Shown: positions 12,952 to 26,360 of the stretch, one piece after another
Numbering within the stretch: the stretch's first letter is position 1
Layout of the letters: every line of letters starts with the position of its first letter
Assembly (NCBI GenBank): GCA_003344405.1
Contig: NOWV01000109.1
Location: forward strand, 1 to 64,000
Source of the DNA: Trichoplax sp. H2
Taxonomy: Eukaryota
Reading direction: 5' to 3'
DNA length: 64,000 nucleotides
Position numbers and translations under genes: made by a program
Notes under the pieces: model-generated
Told to the model about the DNA's origin: nothing
Database searches by the model: none
Seen by the model: only the letters and a program-made list of their open reading frames with translations

Positions 12952-15900
12952 TTAAACTGGAGACGGTCGGATGATGTTTGCCTTACGATGTTCGACACTG
13001 TCAATATCAGGTTTGTTTTTGTGATTGTGATTATCTTTCTTGGTTTTATATCTGCCTAGATCTAACATTAATTTTAATTTGTAAACACGAATAAGCTTCC
13101 TAGCTCTCCTTTTCATTGCCTCTAAAATCGATTTCGGTTTCTGGTTGATTATTAAAAAATGCGATATTAATAGAAAAATATCTCGATAAGATCATAAAAG
13201 TGTTATAAAAGAAAACTAGGCTATGCAACTCTATATTAAAAGGAAATTAATAGCATGAAATTAGAAGAAATAAAAGTTAGCTACGGAAAATTTACATGAA
13301 TTGACTTATTTTAGTTAAGAAGGATTAGAAGTAGAGCAATTTTATATATTATAACATATCGATATATTATAATGAAAGAGTGCTACTATCTATTTTTACC
13401 TTTGGATCGGAAAAATCAACTTCCTGACGTGCATCAATCAGCCATTCTACTACTAGAGTAAGGAATCCTGCACCAATACCTGCTAGCAATAAAATAAATA
13501 CACCATACGTGTTTTGAAAGCTCATCTGGACTTTATTACTTGTAGATCCAGTGGTACTTGAAGTCAAGCAGGAGCTATAACGGGCATACCTACCATACGC
13601 GTATATAGAGAAGATAACGAGAAATACGATTAGCTAGCCATCTTACTACACCTTCTTTCGGTCATTATGGATATCTATATAGGATTGAATATGCTTACAA
13701 GGAATCATATCTATAATAAGCGCAATAAAATTGGTTAATATTGAATAACTTTCTTACCATTTTTTTAATGTTGCAGCAATAAAATTATTCTGGCGCAATT
13801 GCAAGATCGCAGTATTAAATTCCGCTGCATATGGAGAGCTTTTACTAAAAGCTAGGCCGAAATTGTCTTTTAAAAATTCTCCACCTGTTGTTGTCAGGAT
13901 GCAATTTCGATTTTTAATAAAATTTAAAGTTGTTGAATCCCCTAAATATGCATATCTGCCACTCAGGACGCGACTAATAGCAATGCTGAGATTTTTCACA
14001 TTGTCCATTTTGCCACTCATTTCATAATAAGGAGTTGTTGCGCTATTGCGTATAAACGTATCTAAACTACTGCCTTCCAACGTTCCATAGCGTATTGCAT
14101 TTTGGCTAACTAATTTAGCCAAGGAATCAATGTCTAAATCAAATAGCAAAATGGCAGAAAATAAATGGTCATCGCATTAGATATGAAAATTTTATAAATT
14201 GGAGTTATTCTTAGTTAAGATTAGTAGTTCAAAATTTATAAAATTGTTCACAAGAACCTATGTAGTTCAAAGTGTAAATGCAATGTAAAGTATGCTTGTT
14301 AGTCCAAGAGAAAAGAAAACACTACGTAAGCTCTTAGAGAAATAGATCTAATTATAAGACAAAAAAAATGGGATATTTTTTTACGATATAAGGTGGCTTT
14401 CCATTCAAGTTGATGCCTGGCAGCTACTGTAACATGCAAATGTAGCTGGCCTTGCAAAAACTGTATTGAGCTCGATTGTACTAATCCATTTTGGTTATGT
14501 TTTATTAATATCTCAGATAGACTAGATTGTTTTAAATCAGACGGAAATTTATTCTATTTACCTGATTTTAATTGATCAACAGTTAAAAATGCTGCTAAGT
14601 TTGCCGTATAAGAAGCAATTAAGATGCAAGATGCGAACCACCATAAACCAGTAACCATACGACCTGATGTATTTCTAGGTGTTGCATCAGAGCCCTGCTG
14701 AAGGAAAGCAGTAATTGCATGCCAGAGTGAGTTTCGTAAGGTTATCATAAGGACACTTTTTTTATGTTGTTGTTTCCATTTTTTATATATATTGATAGCG
14801 TTTTCATCGCTGATGCTTTCTGGTAATTTCAGTTTACGTAGTGCCGATCCAAAAAATCCAAATGGGCTTAAACGTGTAATGATGTGAACGCAAACTGCTA
14901 TTAACAAGCAGAAACCAATAATTGCAATCCATAAGTCAAATGTAAATGGAGCAAAAAATTGAAATATGGAGCTAGATTTAATTTCTGGCTTTCGAATTAA
15001 AATTGTGGTGCCTTGATCGTGAAAAGGTATTGAAAATTTAACCGCGGTTGAGCGTTGTGGAGTGATTGTTAGTGTCGCTGCTGCTATATCAGCCGTCTAT
15101 GAACATCAAGATAAATTAAAATATCAACTTGTCTAATCTACTAAAAAGCTCCCTAGCGTCGGTGAGATTTAATGACACAGTTTCCGTTAACATGAGTTAA
15201 TCTTCTTGAATTAGTTAAGGGTTCATTACGTGCATATTAATTAAAATATACGATTTGTCAAAGCGAGTTAGAAATTAACTGCGTCGTTTGACTAAGTTAG
15301 TTGGTTAACTCTTAACGGTATGAATTTAATTCTAGTCTTATAGTAGGCTATCACTGACTATCAGTAGAATGCACTGTCTATGAGACTGTAATAGCCTCAC
15401 TGCTATTCAAATCATTTACAGAGACACTTTAATCATGTAAGATACGATGATTAGTCTTGAATGATTACCAGGTAGCTTTGCAAAGTTTGACTCAATTTTT
15501 CCGATTATCTATTAAATTAACTGAGGTATATAAATCCGTAAGTGGATTTGTTATGAATGATTAATCTTTTAAAACCTGAAAGAACTGTATGGTAAGCTAC
15601 TTATAAAATCAAATAAAGTGTTTTGATCACATTAATTAGCTAAGATTGAATCATTGGCCTAATGATATTATATGGTGTTGCTGCCTTCTATAAAACTCGT
15701 ATATTGGGTATTATTTATCTAAATTTAAGTTGTAAACTGATCTACTTTAAATAATTAGGTATGCATAAGTTGTATCTGTCTATCTATATTGCGTAAAGCG
15801 TTAGAAGAAGTTGCTAGGGTTTCTTGAAATTGATTGATCTTCCAACCATGAAATTTTCAGAGAATGGTATATATTAATTCCACCATTACAAGCTATATGT

Positions 15901-18900
15901 GCGTGTAAGATTAACTTGCAGTAAATCAACTTACATCATCTAACAGTTCTTTGATCATACCATCCCAAGAGCCATTTCTGTATGCGCCATACTGTCCATC
16001 AGGGACTAAATGGAGTTCATACTTGAATTTTAGATCCTGACTAAGCCTATTTAGTAAATCTACCATAAAACCTTCGTATCGGTCGTTGCCTACCAAGTTA
16101 TCACCAGTCTTCTCTACTGTGAATGGTGTTAGCTATCAATATTTATAAACAGGAAAAGTAGTGGTTACGAATCCGTTATTTATAGGACTAGATTGATTCT
16201 GGTAAGAAATCTTTTATTAGATTAGAAAGCTATATACACTATCCAATCATTAAATCTCAGCTGAGGTATAAAATGTTAATATCGGTTATAAAGATTTGTA
16301 AACTGACCAGAACGCTGGTTACATTGAAAAATCTTCCTTCTAGAGCGGAACTGAATCTGCTCAAATTTTGAGAATTATTCATCGAATTCTCTTTCCAAAC
16401 TAATCCATTATTATTCGTCCATGTTGCAATCTTATAAAAAGTAATTGATGGTCGCATATCGCTATCAGTTTGTACCACTTTAAAATTTATAAAATTATTT
16501 CGAATTCTTAGCATTGTCAAAATAATATGATATCTTACCGGGGACCAGGTATTGCCAATTAATTCTTTAATTTCATAGGATGTATGAGCAGGACCGTAAA
16601 GTGAATTAAAGGCAATTTTACCAGTGGCTCCTTCACCGGATGACTTAATTAAATGAGCCCGTCAGATTAAAAGAAAAAATAAATGTTTAAAGGATGCAAA
16701 GCGATTTCATGAAGATAAAATGGCAGTTAATATTCTATTTTGCTTTTATTCAAGTATTAAAGTGCCAATGACCGATATGGATATTGGAAACCATTTGGTG
16801 TTCTCTCGTAATTTTTATTTTGATAATAGCAAACCATACCTGTACTATGCTGGAGAATAAACTAGGACCTTCGTTCCAACTTGTTAGTGGCATTGATGAA
16901 CAAGATAAGTTACTGGGGGGTCTAAATTGTGATGTGGCTAAATATCTTTGCAACCCATAAGCGAAAGCCCAAACGGAATCGTAGTATTTCAATTCCATAG
17001 GCTAAGTATTAACAAAATTTTGTTAACGAAATCACGAATAGATAAAATTAACTCCAATAATTATTCTTTTCCTACGAAAACAATGCTGCATACTTAATAA
17101 TATATCATATTTTTGAACTATAGTTGCTTTTAGTAATAGCATTTTGTTTATTTGATTGGATTAAAGCCAAATTATCTCTCAGGTTGGCTGAGAAATTAAT
17201 TGAAATCATAGTATCAACTTCTGTCCTACCTCAAGATCTGTATGATATTTATTAGTCCAACTTTGCTGCAACTTTTGAAATCGGTTTCCATTCTTATAGG
17301 AACTTTGAATATTCATTGCGGATTTTAAGTGATCCAAAGGTTTGATTAATTCTTTCTAATGTTTTAATCAAAATTAAGTTTAATTATTGTCTGCAAAGAC
17401 ACCGGAGACAGATTAACTAATTTTTTTCATACCTGATCAGTTGTACCGCCTAATAATATCCAAAGATAGTTTACTGTGGTCATATTTAAATTATTCGCCT
17501 CTTCGAGAATAATCGCAGCTTGCTGAGATAAACAGCTTAGCAAGATAATTTTTGCACCTATATACGTAAACATTGCAATTTTTTTGATTTCAGCGATGTC
17601 AAACACTAAATAGTGATAGACAATTTTGAAAATAGCTTTCAATAGATTTTTCCTTGAGGTCTGTATAGGTTGAACGATTACTCGATTGTCAATATTTGGC
17701 AAGATTTCATTAATACTTGTGTATCTGCAATTTTACCTGTAGCCTTGATATTGCTCAGATAGGTTTGAATAATTTTAGGATTATTAATTTCAGAAGTAGC
17801 AAATTTTTCAAAAGATAGTATACGCCAACCTTTCGATGAAGCAATAACTTGAAATTGTGCTACCGAATTAATACCTATACAAGAAGGTAGCAGTGAATTA
17901 GGAATCCATCATAATAATCATTTGTCGAAAGAACTAATTTAAGACTTATGAAATTGCCTAGCATCGTTATGCTAACAAGCCATACGACTCTTACCGAAAT
18001 CTGTATTGGACACAAATATAGCTGCATAAGTCCAACGGAATCGCTCAAATACAGCGCCAACCATTTTACCTTGATAGTAATCGCTTGGTGACATGCGAAT
18101 AAGAAATGGGAAATTAGGCTTATTTTCAAGACCTGGATTCGTTGCTGAAGGCGATATTTGAGGAATATGTAATTCTGCACATAAATTTTGTACAGCTCGA
18201 ACATCACTTGACGTTAATGGTCCAATAATAGCCCAGACATCTTTTCGAATAATTTGGCACGCTGATGAACGATAACATCGAAAATTTAACAGGATGATAA
18301 GATTAATTAGTAGGCTTACTACTTATTATAGCTATCGACACTGCTAGTAAGGTAATTGACCTGCTTGAACGTTTTCATAAGGTCGATATAGGTTACTTTC
18401 ATAAATATCCGCGGAAAGATGAATATTATTAAGAATGAAGGCATTGCTATTGATTTCTGTAATCGCAAGTTCTATAGCTTGTCTATTGCGAAGATTGGTA
18501 GGAATAATAACACCTACATGAAATCAGGTACATGATTATGATCAATTAAAAAGGTAAGTATTGATGATACGGTTTTGTATCCGGCAGAAACTAATACAGA
18601 TTAATATGTATTAGATAACTACTCGGTAATCTACGTGCAATTTGTACGTGATTAGCCTTTCTTTTCATATAAAATTTTCGATGAAATCAAGTATATTACT
18701 ATAATTATAATTAAAATGCATAGAGTTGACAACATGGTTTTGTATACGGCAGAAAATATTATAGATTAACCTATATTAGGTAACTACTCTAATCTACGTC
18801 CAATTTATAGTGATTAGTGGCATTTTCTTTCCTATAAAATTATCAATGAAATCAGGTAGGCCTCCAGTATTATGATTATAATTGAAAAGGTTAGAGTTGA

Positions 18901-19927
18901 AGATAGGATTCTGTATACGATAGAAATATTATAGGCTAGTCTGTATCAGATAACTACCCAGTAATCCTATCTAATTCGTAATGATTAGTATTTCTTTTAT
19001 ATAAAATTATTAATACATAATTCTTAAATATCGTCAGTAGGATTTCCATACAGATAGTTAGATGCTAAGGTCATTGCAGGTTTACCTGCCACGCAAAATC
19101 AATTGATTCATTTTAAGTTATGAAAATCACTATCATTATTTTTATCCATAGTCGCTAAAACGCTATTCTTAACAGTAGTTAGTCAACAAGATTGGTTTGT
19201 AAATTGCGAATATAAAGACATTAAGAGGATAGACGAAAGCCGTTATAAAATATTATCTTTCTATTTATGGTTGCTCCATGCTATTCTTAATCACAATCAT
19301 GATAAATAATTTAAAGGTTGTCAGAGTACGGATGAGAGTCGTTACAGATAATCTGATCTAATAAAATGGTGGATTTAATTCTAATTTGTAGTGACTAAAT
19401 ATCGTGGAGGGAATTCTTTGATATACGTATACAATAATAATCGAAAATATCAATTTTGTATAAGTATCGGTAAGTAGTCAGTATGGATACAACGTTTACA
19501 TAAATAAGAAATTTGGCAACGATTGATCTCTCTATTCTGATAGTTGAGTTATTTCTTCGATAAGACTAATACTATATATTTGTATCCAATATAACTATCA
19601 AGTTTTCATGTGATCCTCATACTAAAAATGAAATCGACATGAATATCAATAGACGGCAGAACACCGGTAATAATGCAGATTAGTCACTACCCTTTTTCAG
19701 TGCAATTTATTGGATTATGAAGGTAAATTGGAGGAGTAGCTATGCTAACTTTATGATCATTCTTTATAGAAAGCGTGCTACTTTTATTGAACTTTAGTAC
19801 CCCATACATTTAGTGATAAGCGGCTATATTTACCGATGCGAACAGTCATTTTCCCATGAACTTCGGCATTGGATAGCACGAAATAGATCCATATACAATA
19901 TTTAATCAAGGAAATAATATTCATCAT
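12952..19927 (-). CDS. Ionotropic glutamate receptor family subunit (non-NMDA; AKDF or Epsilon type), complete
   Basis: Signal exon 19927-19834 (MMNIISLIKYCIWIYFVLSNAEVHGKMTVRIG). ATD exons 18513-18361, 18261-17995, 17874-17737, 17557-17433, 17355-17230, ~17001-16840, ~16663-16539, ~16430-16308. S1 exon ~16133-15935 (RYEGFMVDLL, DGQYGA, WDGMI). S1-M1-M2-M3 exon ~15096-14561 (LTITPQR, FLQQGSD, SYTANLAAFLT). S2 exon ~14133-13758. M4 exon ~13588-13400. Last exon 13140-12952 ends RPSPV*. Confidence 0.95.
18518..19012. repeat. About 3 diverged tandem copies of a ~165-bp unit in iGluR intron 1
   Basis: atgaaatca(g/a)gta...gg(t/a)tt(t/c)tgtat(c/a)cg...ag(a/g)taactac recurs starting near 18518, 18681 and 18846. 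Confidence 0.8.
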
Positions 19928-21743
19928 TCTAGCTATTCCCCAAGGAAAGATTATTGTAAACCAGAGCGTGGAATTGATTGAACGGTGTTACTTCTTGACC
20001 GAAATTGGACGGCAGGAAATTACTTTAAAGACCTGAGCTGTACTAATTTTATCAATCATATATTAAAGATAGTCTAATTAGTTCTATTGAGCATAAAGCA
20101 GGAATTAGAAATATATAAAATAAGTTTCAATGTGCTGCAGTTAACATTTTGGAATTATCAAGTTCAATTTAATATCAGCGTAGTTTCCATACTAGAGTAT
20201 TTCTTTTATTGAAATACTCAATTTTTTTATTTTATCATAGATGAAAAAGCAGTGACTCATACGTACTGTACTATTTATGTATTTTCCTAACACATAAATA
20301 CTGTAACTAGCTGAAATTATTACAAGCAGCCGTGATGTTAAAAGAATATTTTAAGCTATAGAAATTACGGAAACATCTTAAACTATCATTCACTATAATT
20401 TGAGACGTAAACTATCGGTACGGAATAGTCAGTAATTAGTCTACACGTATATGGCTAATGACGACAGTGATGGTGAGTAATTGGGCAAGTCATCATCGAA
20501 TACGGTTTCAAATGTTTAGACTAAGATATAGCATGCTCTGTACTTACATGCAGTATATTAATGGAGTTACATTAAGAAGTAGATAAAGCAATCATTCAAA
20601 AGGTATTTTAAACCTCTGATATGATATTAAAAATTCTATGTGCTTGTGTTATTCATGATGGTAGTGATGCTCAAGCAATTAAACAAACTGACTATTATAG
20701 GTTCATTTTAAATCGGATAGTGTGTTTGCTTGTACAAATATGCAACTTTAGAGAGCAATGATAATATGAAAGCTACAAATATAATCATTCTTACAACTTT
20801 AAATCTATAAGATAAAATTTATTAAAGATGAGTTAATAAGATAAACTTATAAAAAAAGGCGAGATTATTACTTTTTTATACTGTTATTACTCTGCTAGAT
20901 CAGAAAGATCCGTTGCTACTCCTAATTTATCAATAAAATATTAAAGAGGATTTGTTGCAGTACTGATAGTTACTATGTAAGCCCCGTTTACTTATAATCG
21001 AAAATGGTAATGGTTGGCATTAAGATACCAATGTCATATTAGTATTTATTACGTTATAACCTTAAACTGAATGCTTCTGATAATAGTTATCTAATAAATC
21101 GGAAATAAATTACTTAAAAATGCTTCATTGAAATCGACTAACCTAATCAATTCTGCTTTTCTCTTTACTCACTAATCCAAACTTGGTTAAATTTTCATGG
21201 ATATCCTACTCCATTTGAAAGGAACAAATACTAAGAGATATGATGCAGGGGTATAATAGTAAATTCTGCGGATTGTCTCTCTTCAATATCAAGTCGCGTC
21301 TATCGATCAATATTTTCTCCTTATTTTTGTTATAATGTGGGCGAATTGATAGCAAAGTGTTCTCAGGTTCTAATGCGATCAATACGTTCGTTCTATATAC
21401 ATACTCTTAACTTACGCATGCTTATTAATACATACTTTTATGTTGAAATAATTTTAATGAGCATATGGTACAATGTTGTCCTCATTCCCAGGTGCTTATT
21501 GCATTAGCCATAATTAAATTAAATACCATTTGAATTATATCTGTATGAAATTACTCAATACTCCTAGGGTTTTAGTATCGATATTTACAGTACTATTGAA
21601 TCTTTACTTGAATTATCTCAGCAACTAATATACAGTAATAGTAATTCTCCGATATTGCATACCTTCCCCTATTGATACTTACAATCATTAACAGTCTGTG
21701 GATTAAGAAATTAAAAAATTCTATCATTTTATAATGGAAAATT

Positions 21744-22001
21744 ATCAACGTGAAGCTTTGTCGATGTGACGTTAATACAAGATCCCCTACTGATGATTAT
21801 CATCGTCAGTCTATAAATTAGGAATTTAATTATTAATTATTTTTTAATAGAAAACGATCAACGTCAAATGTTGTCGATTTGACGTTAATAAAGGATCCCC
21901 CTACTGATGCTTATCACTGCCAGTCTGCAGATTATGTGATTATTAATCATTTTCTTATAGAATGATCAATGTTAAAGGTGGACATGACGTTAATACAAGA
22001 T
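21744..22001. repeat. About 2.3 tandem copies of a ~110-bp unit
   Basis: atcaa(c/t)gt...tgacgttaata recurs at 21744, 21857 and 21965. Copy 2 contains the inverted repeat aacgtcaaat/atttgacgtt. Confidence 0.75.
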
Positions 22002-25000
22002 TGAATTTAGTAGTTATTTTTCGTATTAATTTGAAAGCTTGTGTCGCTGGAGGTGAAATCGTGAAAATACCGGTGACAAAATTTTAGTTATTGATTAGCA
22101 TTCAGACTACCTTAATTTATTACTTTTATTTCATTGTAGTTCTTATTTATTAATCCAGTACTATTAGTTGCTACTATTTGATATAGGTAGTAAAAACAAT
22201 TAAACTTATTATTCTTATGACAATTTAATGATTACATCATTGTTGATTGGGTGATAAACATGGCATCGATATTTTATTGTGAGTCCAGTATTGAGATATT
22301 CAGATACTACTATCTATAAGCCAGGTAAAAATATCTCTTTCTTCATAGTTTGTTATTTCTCATCCCCTTCTGATCAGCATAATTAATTCAATGTAAATGT
22401 TGCAAGTCACTCGATTAGCTAGTGCTATAGAGCAAAAATTTTGATAGCTAGATCGTTGTGGATTACTGTAGACTATAAATGGAGTATTGATATCGCTTAC
22501 AGTCTCATCTTAGCCTTGTCCCAAGCTAAAATAAATGCATTATTTTTATTTTGTAGTCCATTTTAATGCTTTATCGTAAAACGGCGAGCATTTGTCCTGT
22601 TGCTTACTTACTTTCCTCGTAAGTGAAGGATGATTAGGTGAATTATTTATTATATATTTTTCAAGTAGACCTATTTATACCATTTTAGTCAGTTGTTAGA
22701 AGAATCCCAAGTTATTACCAGTAAGATGAGCTAACGCAGATTTCACGCCAGCAGTTTATGTAATTTGTATAGAATAGACTAGTGCAAGCGTACTTCTGTA
22801 TAACTGTATTTAGCAAACCACAAGTATTGCAAGATTTCATTTTTACTAGTTATTCAAGATCATAAATAAATGAGACCGACCAGTCTAAATTAATCACCTA
22901 CAAATTACAGTACATGATTTATTAGCAAGATATATTGGCATATCTTAAAGGCATATAAGTGCGTATTGCAACGAATGGATTGTATAATAGAGTCTTGCTG
23001 TATATTAATCTGAAAAAATCCGACAGTGTAGTTTTCTGTAATGAAATAATTGGCTAGTGAAACTAAGTAATATTTCATTTTCACATTAAGTGCGGTACTA
23101 TAAAGTTTTCAACGTATAGAAGCTGCTATCTGAACGAATCAAAGAATATTAAATATGGTAAGCTAATGTAAAGTCATCATTTAACCAGAGCTTTAACGAT
23201 CGTAGTAGCATTTGTAAAATTACATAATTTAAATTTCGCAAAGGTAAGTGTAAAATGAGCTAATTTTCGGTTAGAGGTTTTAATTTTTTTAAGTATTTTC
23301 GCAAAATTCCACTGTGATAATTACTTTAATGTAATAATTGAATCTGTTCGGGTGTAACAAAGATTAAAGTACTGATTGCGGTCTGTAGAAAGATACTAGT
23401 AACTGTCTGCTACTGATACAAATAGAAGAGTTTATGTGATAGAAATAACAGATTAGGAAATGACTGATTAGTCAATAAACTGTACAGATGAAAAAACTGC
23501 ATTTCTATGCACTTTATTAATTTTAATGCGACGATTAAGGTACTTATAGCAACAAATGGAAGTTATAATTTATTTTGAGTTAGCATGGGCAATAGGAGTG
23601 ATGTAATCCATAAAAAATTTAGCTTTTACCGTCAACTTGAACTGTTAAGTTCGATAAAGGTGGTTGTTATTCCATATATAGGTGTGCAATCAGCTACATG
23701 ATCTAAGTTCCATTTCTTTTTCATCACCAAAATTGATCAAAAAATTGGAAAAAAAGATTAAATCCTGAAACATTGCCGTTGATATTTATAATATCTATTC
23801 AGGACAGTATTGGTATATCTAAACTCTAGAAAGCTACTTATAATTATTTTAAATTTTTATTTAGCCAATCGTCATGTCCTAATGGATGAAAAGGAGGGCC
23901 TTATTTCCGTTGTGCTCATGTTGACTTTAGCAATCAAATGGACTATGGGAATTTACAGATATTACGAATATCTACCAATAGCAGGATAGTATAAATATTT
24001 ATGATGACTGTGATTTCAAGTTTTTCATCGACTTTATTACAGTGAAATGGACGTGGCTACAAGTATCAAGGGCGTTTTTAACGCTATTAACTATATCAAT
24101 ATGAAATAATGGCCATTTATTACATAAACCAGCTACGATTATCCAAATGAGTAATCGCTATAAATAAGGGGTCAACGAACGGAATATCCATGATAATCAA
24201 CATTTCCAGATTTTTATTGTTTACAATTGCCATGTCTCAAGCCTCGATCGAATAAGAATTGCTATAATTATTAATTTGGAGAGAGACTTTAACTACTGAG
24301 GGAATAAGAACATCTGCCATATGGATAAGAATAGTCATTAGATTATTCATAAGCAAATCAGTTAGGACTATCTTTCTTTTACTGATTGCTTGATTTTTCT
24401 TTCCTCGCTAAAGAATTTAAGATTAATTAACAATTCATCGTACAACCGTCTTCGTCAAATTTTTTTCAAAAGCAATCTAGACCAATTCTTGTAGAAACGT
24501 TGAATTTAAATAGAAAACATAAACTCTAGTCGTAACCGAAATAAAAAACGCGGATCAAGAGGTTGATTATCCGTCATTGTATAATCCAATCGACGTTAAG
24601 GTATTGCTAATGATGGAAAGTATGGTATTGATCTTAGGAAAAATGCTAAATTATTTCAGATAGAAGATAAATTACGGAAGTAATTATAAATCAGAAATGT
24701 TCATAAACTTATTGTAGCACCATTTCAATATACATTAATTTCACTATATCCTGAAATCTTTGACTAGGATCATTGATGTCATAGTTCAATTAATTCAATT
24801 ATACTTAAATGATACTTGGCTAATTAATAATTGAGTCTAACTTCTACCTCGATATCTATTCCTGATTACCATTATTTAATTTAATTTGAATGTAATGCTG
24901 AGATTAATTACGATAAGTGTTATTACGTTTAGTGGTTACAACGTGCAGATGGAGTATTATACTTAAAGTGGAATAGCTATCGCTAATCAAATAATGGCTA

Positions 25001-26360
25001 AGAAATATTATTTCTCTGATTTTTAAGAGTTGTCTACTGGCGATGCAATCAAGGTTGTGATACGCATGTTTGTGCCTTAAAATTTAAATAAAAGCCCGTT
25101 AACATTGGCAACTCGAAAATTCGGGTAGGGCAGCATTGCTTATTATTCCTCACTATAACAGACTTCTACATTTAATAGAACAATTTACCTGCAAAATGCC
25201 TGAAATAAATAAGATTGTTAGAGTATACAATGTACATATCTTAATAGAATTTTCAAGATCTCATGCTGGATAATCACGACCAATTACAAGTATCGTTCAG
25301 CTTTTAAGTTTGATTATAATATGCCTACTAGGATGGATATTTGAGTAGGATTTGCTCGTGCTTATGAAAACTTCTTTGGCATTCATCGCAAACAAATTTC
25401 TTACCAATTATAAATGTTCATGTCTCTACCTTAAAATTAACAAAAGATAGCGTTCTTAAGATAGCCATTGTAGTTGATTTGCGAGTACAAACTTACGAAA
25501 AGATCAGTTTTAAAGGTTAATCAGATTTAGAATTCTCCCCTATAATTGGAACTCGATAATACCACCTGGGCAGAATCTTGAACTATTTACTGCTTCCATA
25601 TAAATTTTAGTAAGATAAACGCATTCAATCGGGATATTGAGTTAAATAAACTGCATCAAGATTTTTTACGGGAGGATCTCTACCACATGTCTTTTAAAAA
25701 TGAAGTATGATTAACGTTGGACTGTTAACGCGTCCATCTAAATTGGATTACGATAATAAAATTGCTTATAATTATTTGCTAAGACGATCCTTCACCGATT
25801 AGATATACGTAGATTCTACTACTGTATTAAAATTTAACACTACCCTTAACGAAAAGAAAAAGGCAGAATTGGCTATAGTTTATAACTTAGAAGTTGAATG
25901 GAATAGTGTAGATAGCTTAACTATCTACATAGACTCAATTCCAGCAGAAGTATTATTAACCGAGTTACATATTAGATTTAGATATTCAATTTTGGTAACA
26001 CAGGATCGCGAATGTAAATGTCTGTGCGAAATTTAGAATTTTGTGCTAATAGATCTCTTCCGATTTGAATGCTAGATTTTATTATAAAAAAATTTAGCTG
26101 CAATGACATTATTAACAAAGAGATGTGATAGTGTTATTTATAATTCTTATGGAAGGATCATATATTGATGAAACACATAATAGTTTAAGCCATCACTGTC
26201 TGATCAAATTCTAAATTTGCTAAGGCAAGATGATACCTTCGTTTAAATTACGGTATATATTTAAGGATTATCATAAACTATCTATAGATATCCATGTGTG
26301 TTCCAGAATATCTTCATTTAAATTGCTATTCTTCTGTAAATACTAGAATTTTGAAACAGC

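Noticed and set aside
20000-26300. Region between the divergent iGluR and M8 paralog 1 genes
   Set aside because: No ORF of 60 aa or more and no recognisable exons. Treated as intergenic or regulatory.
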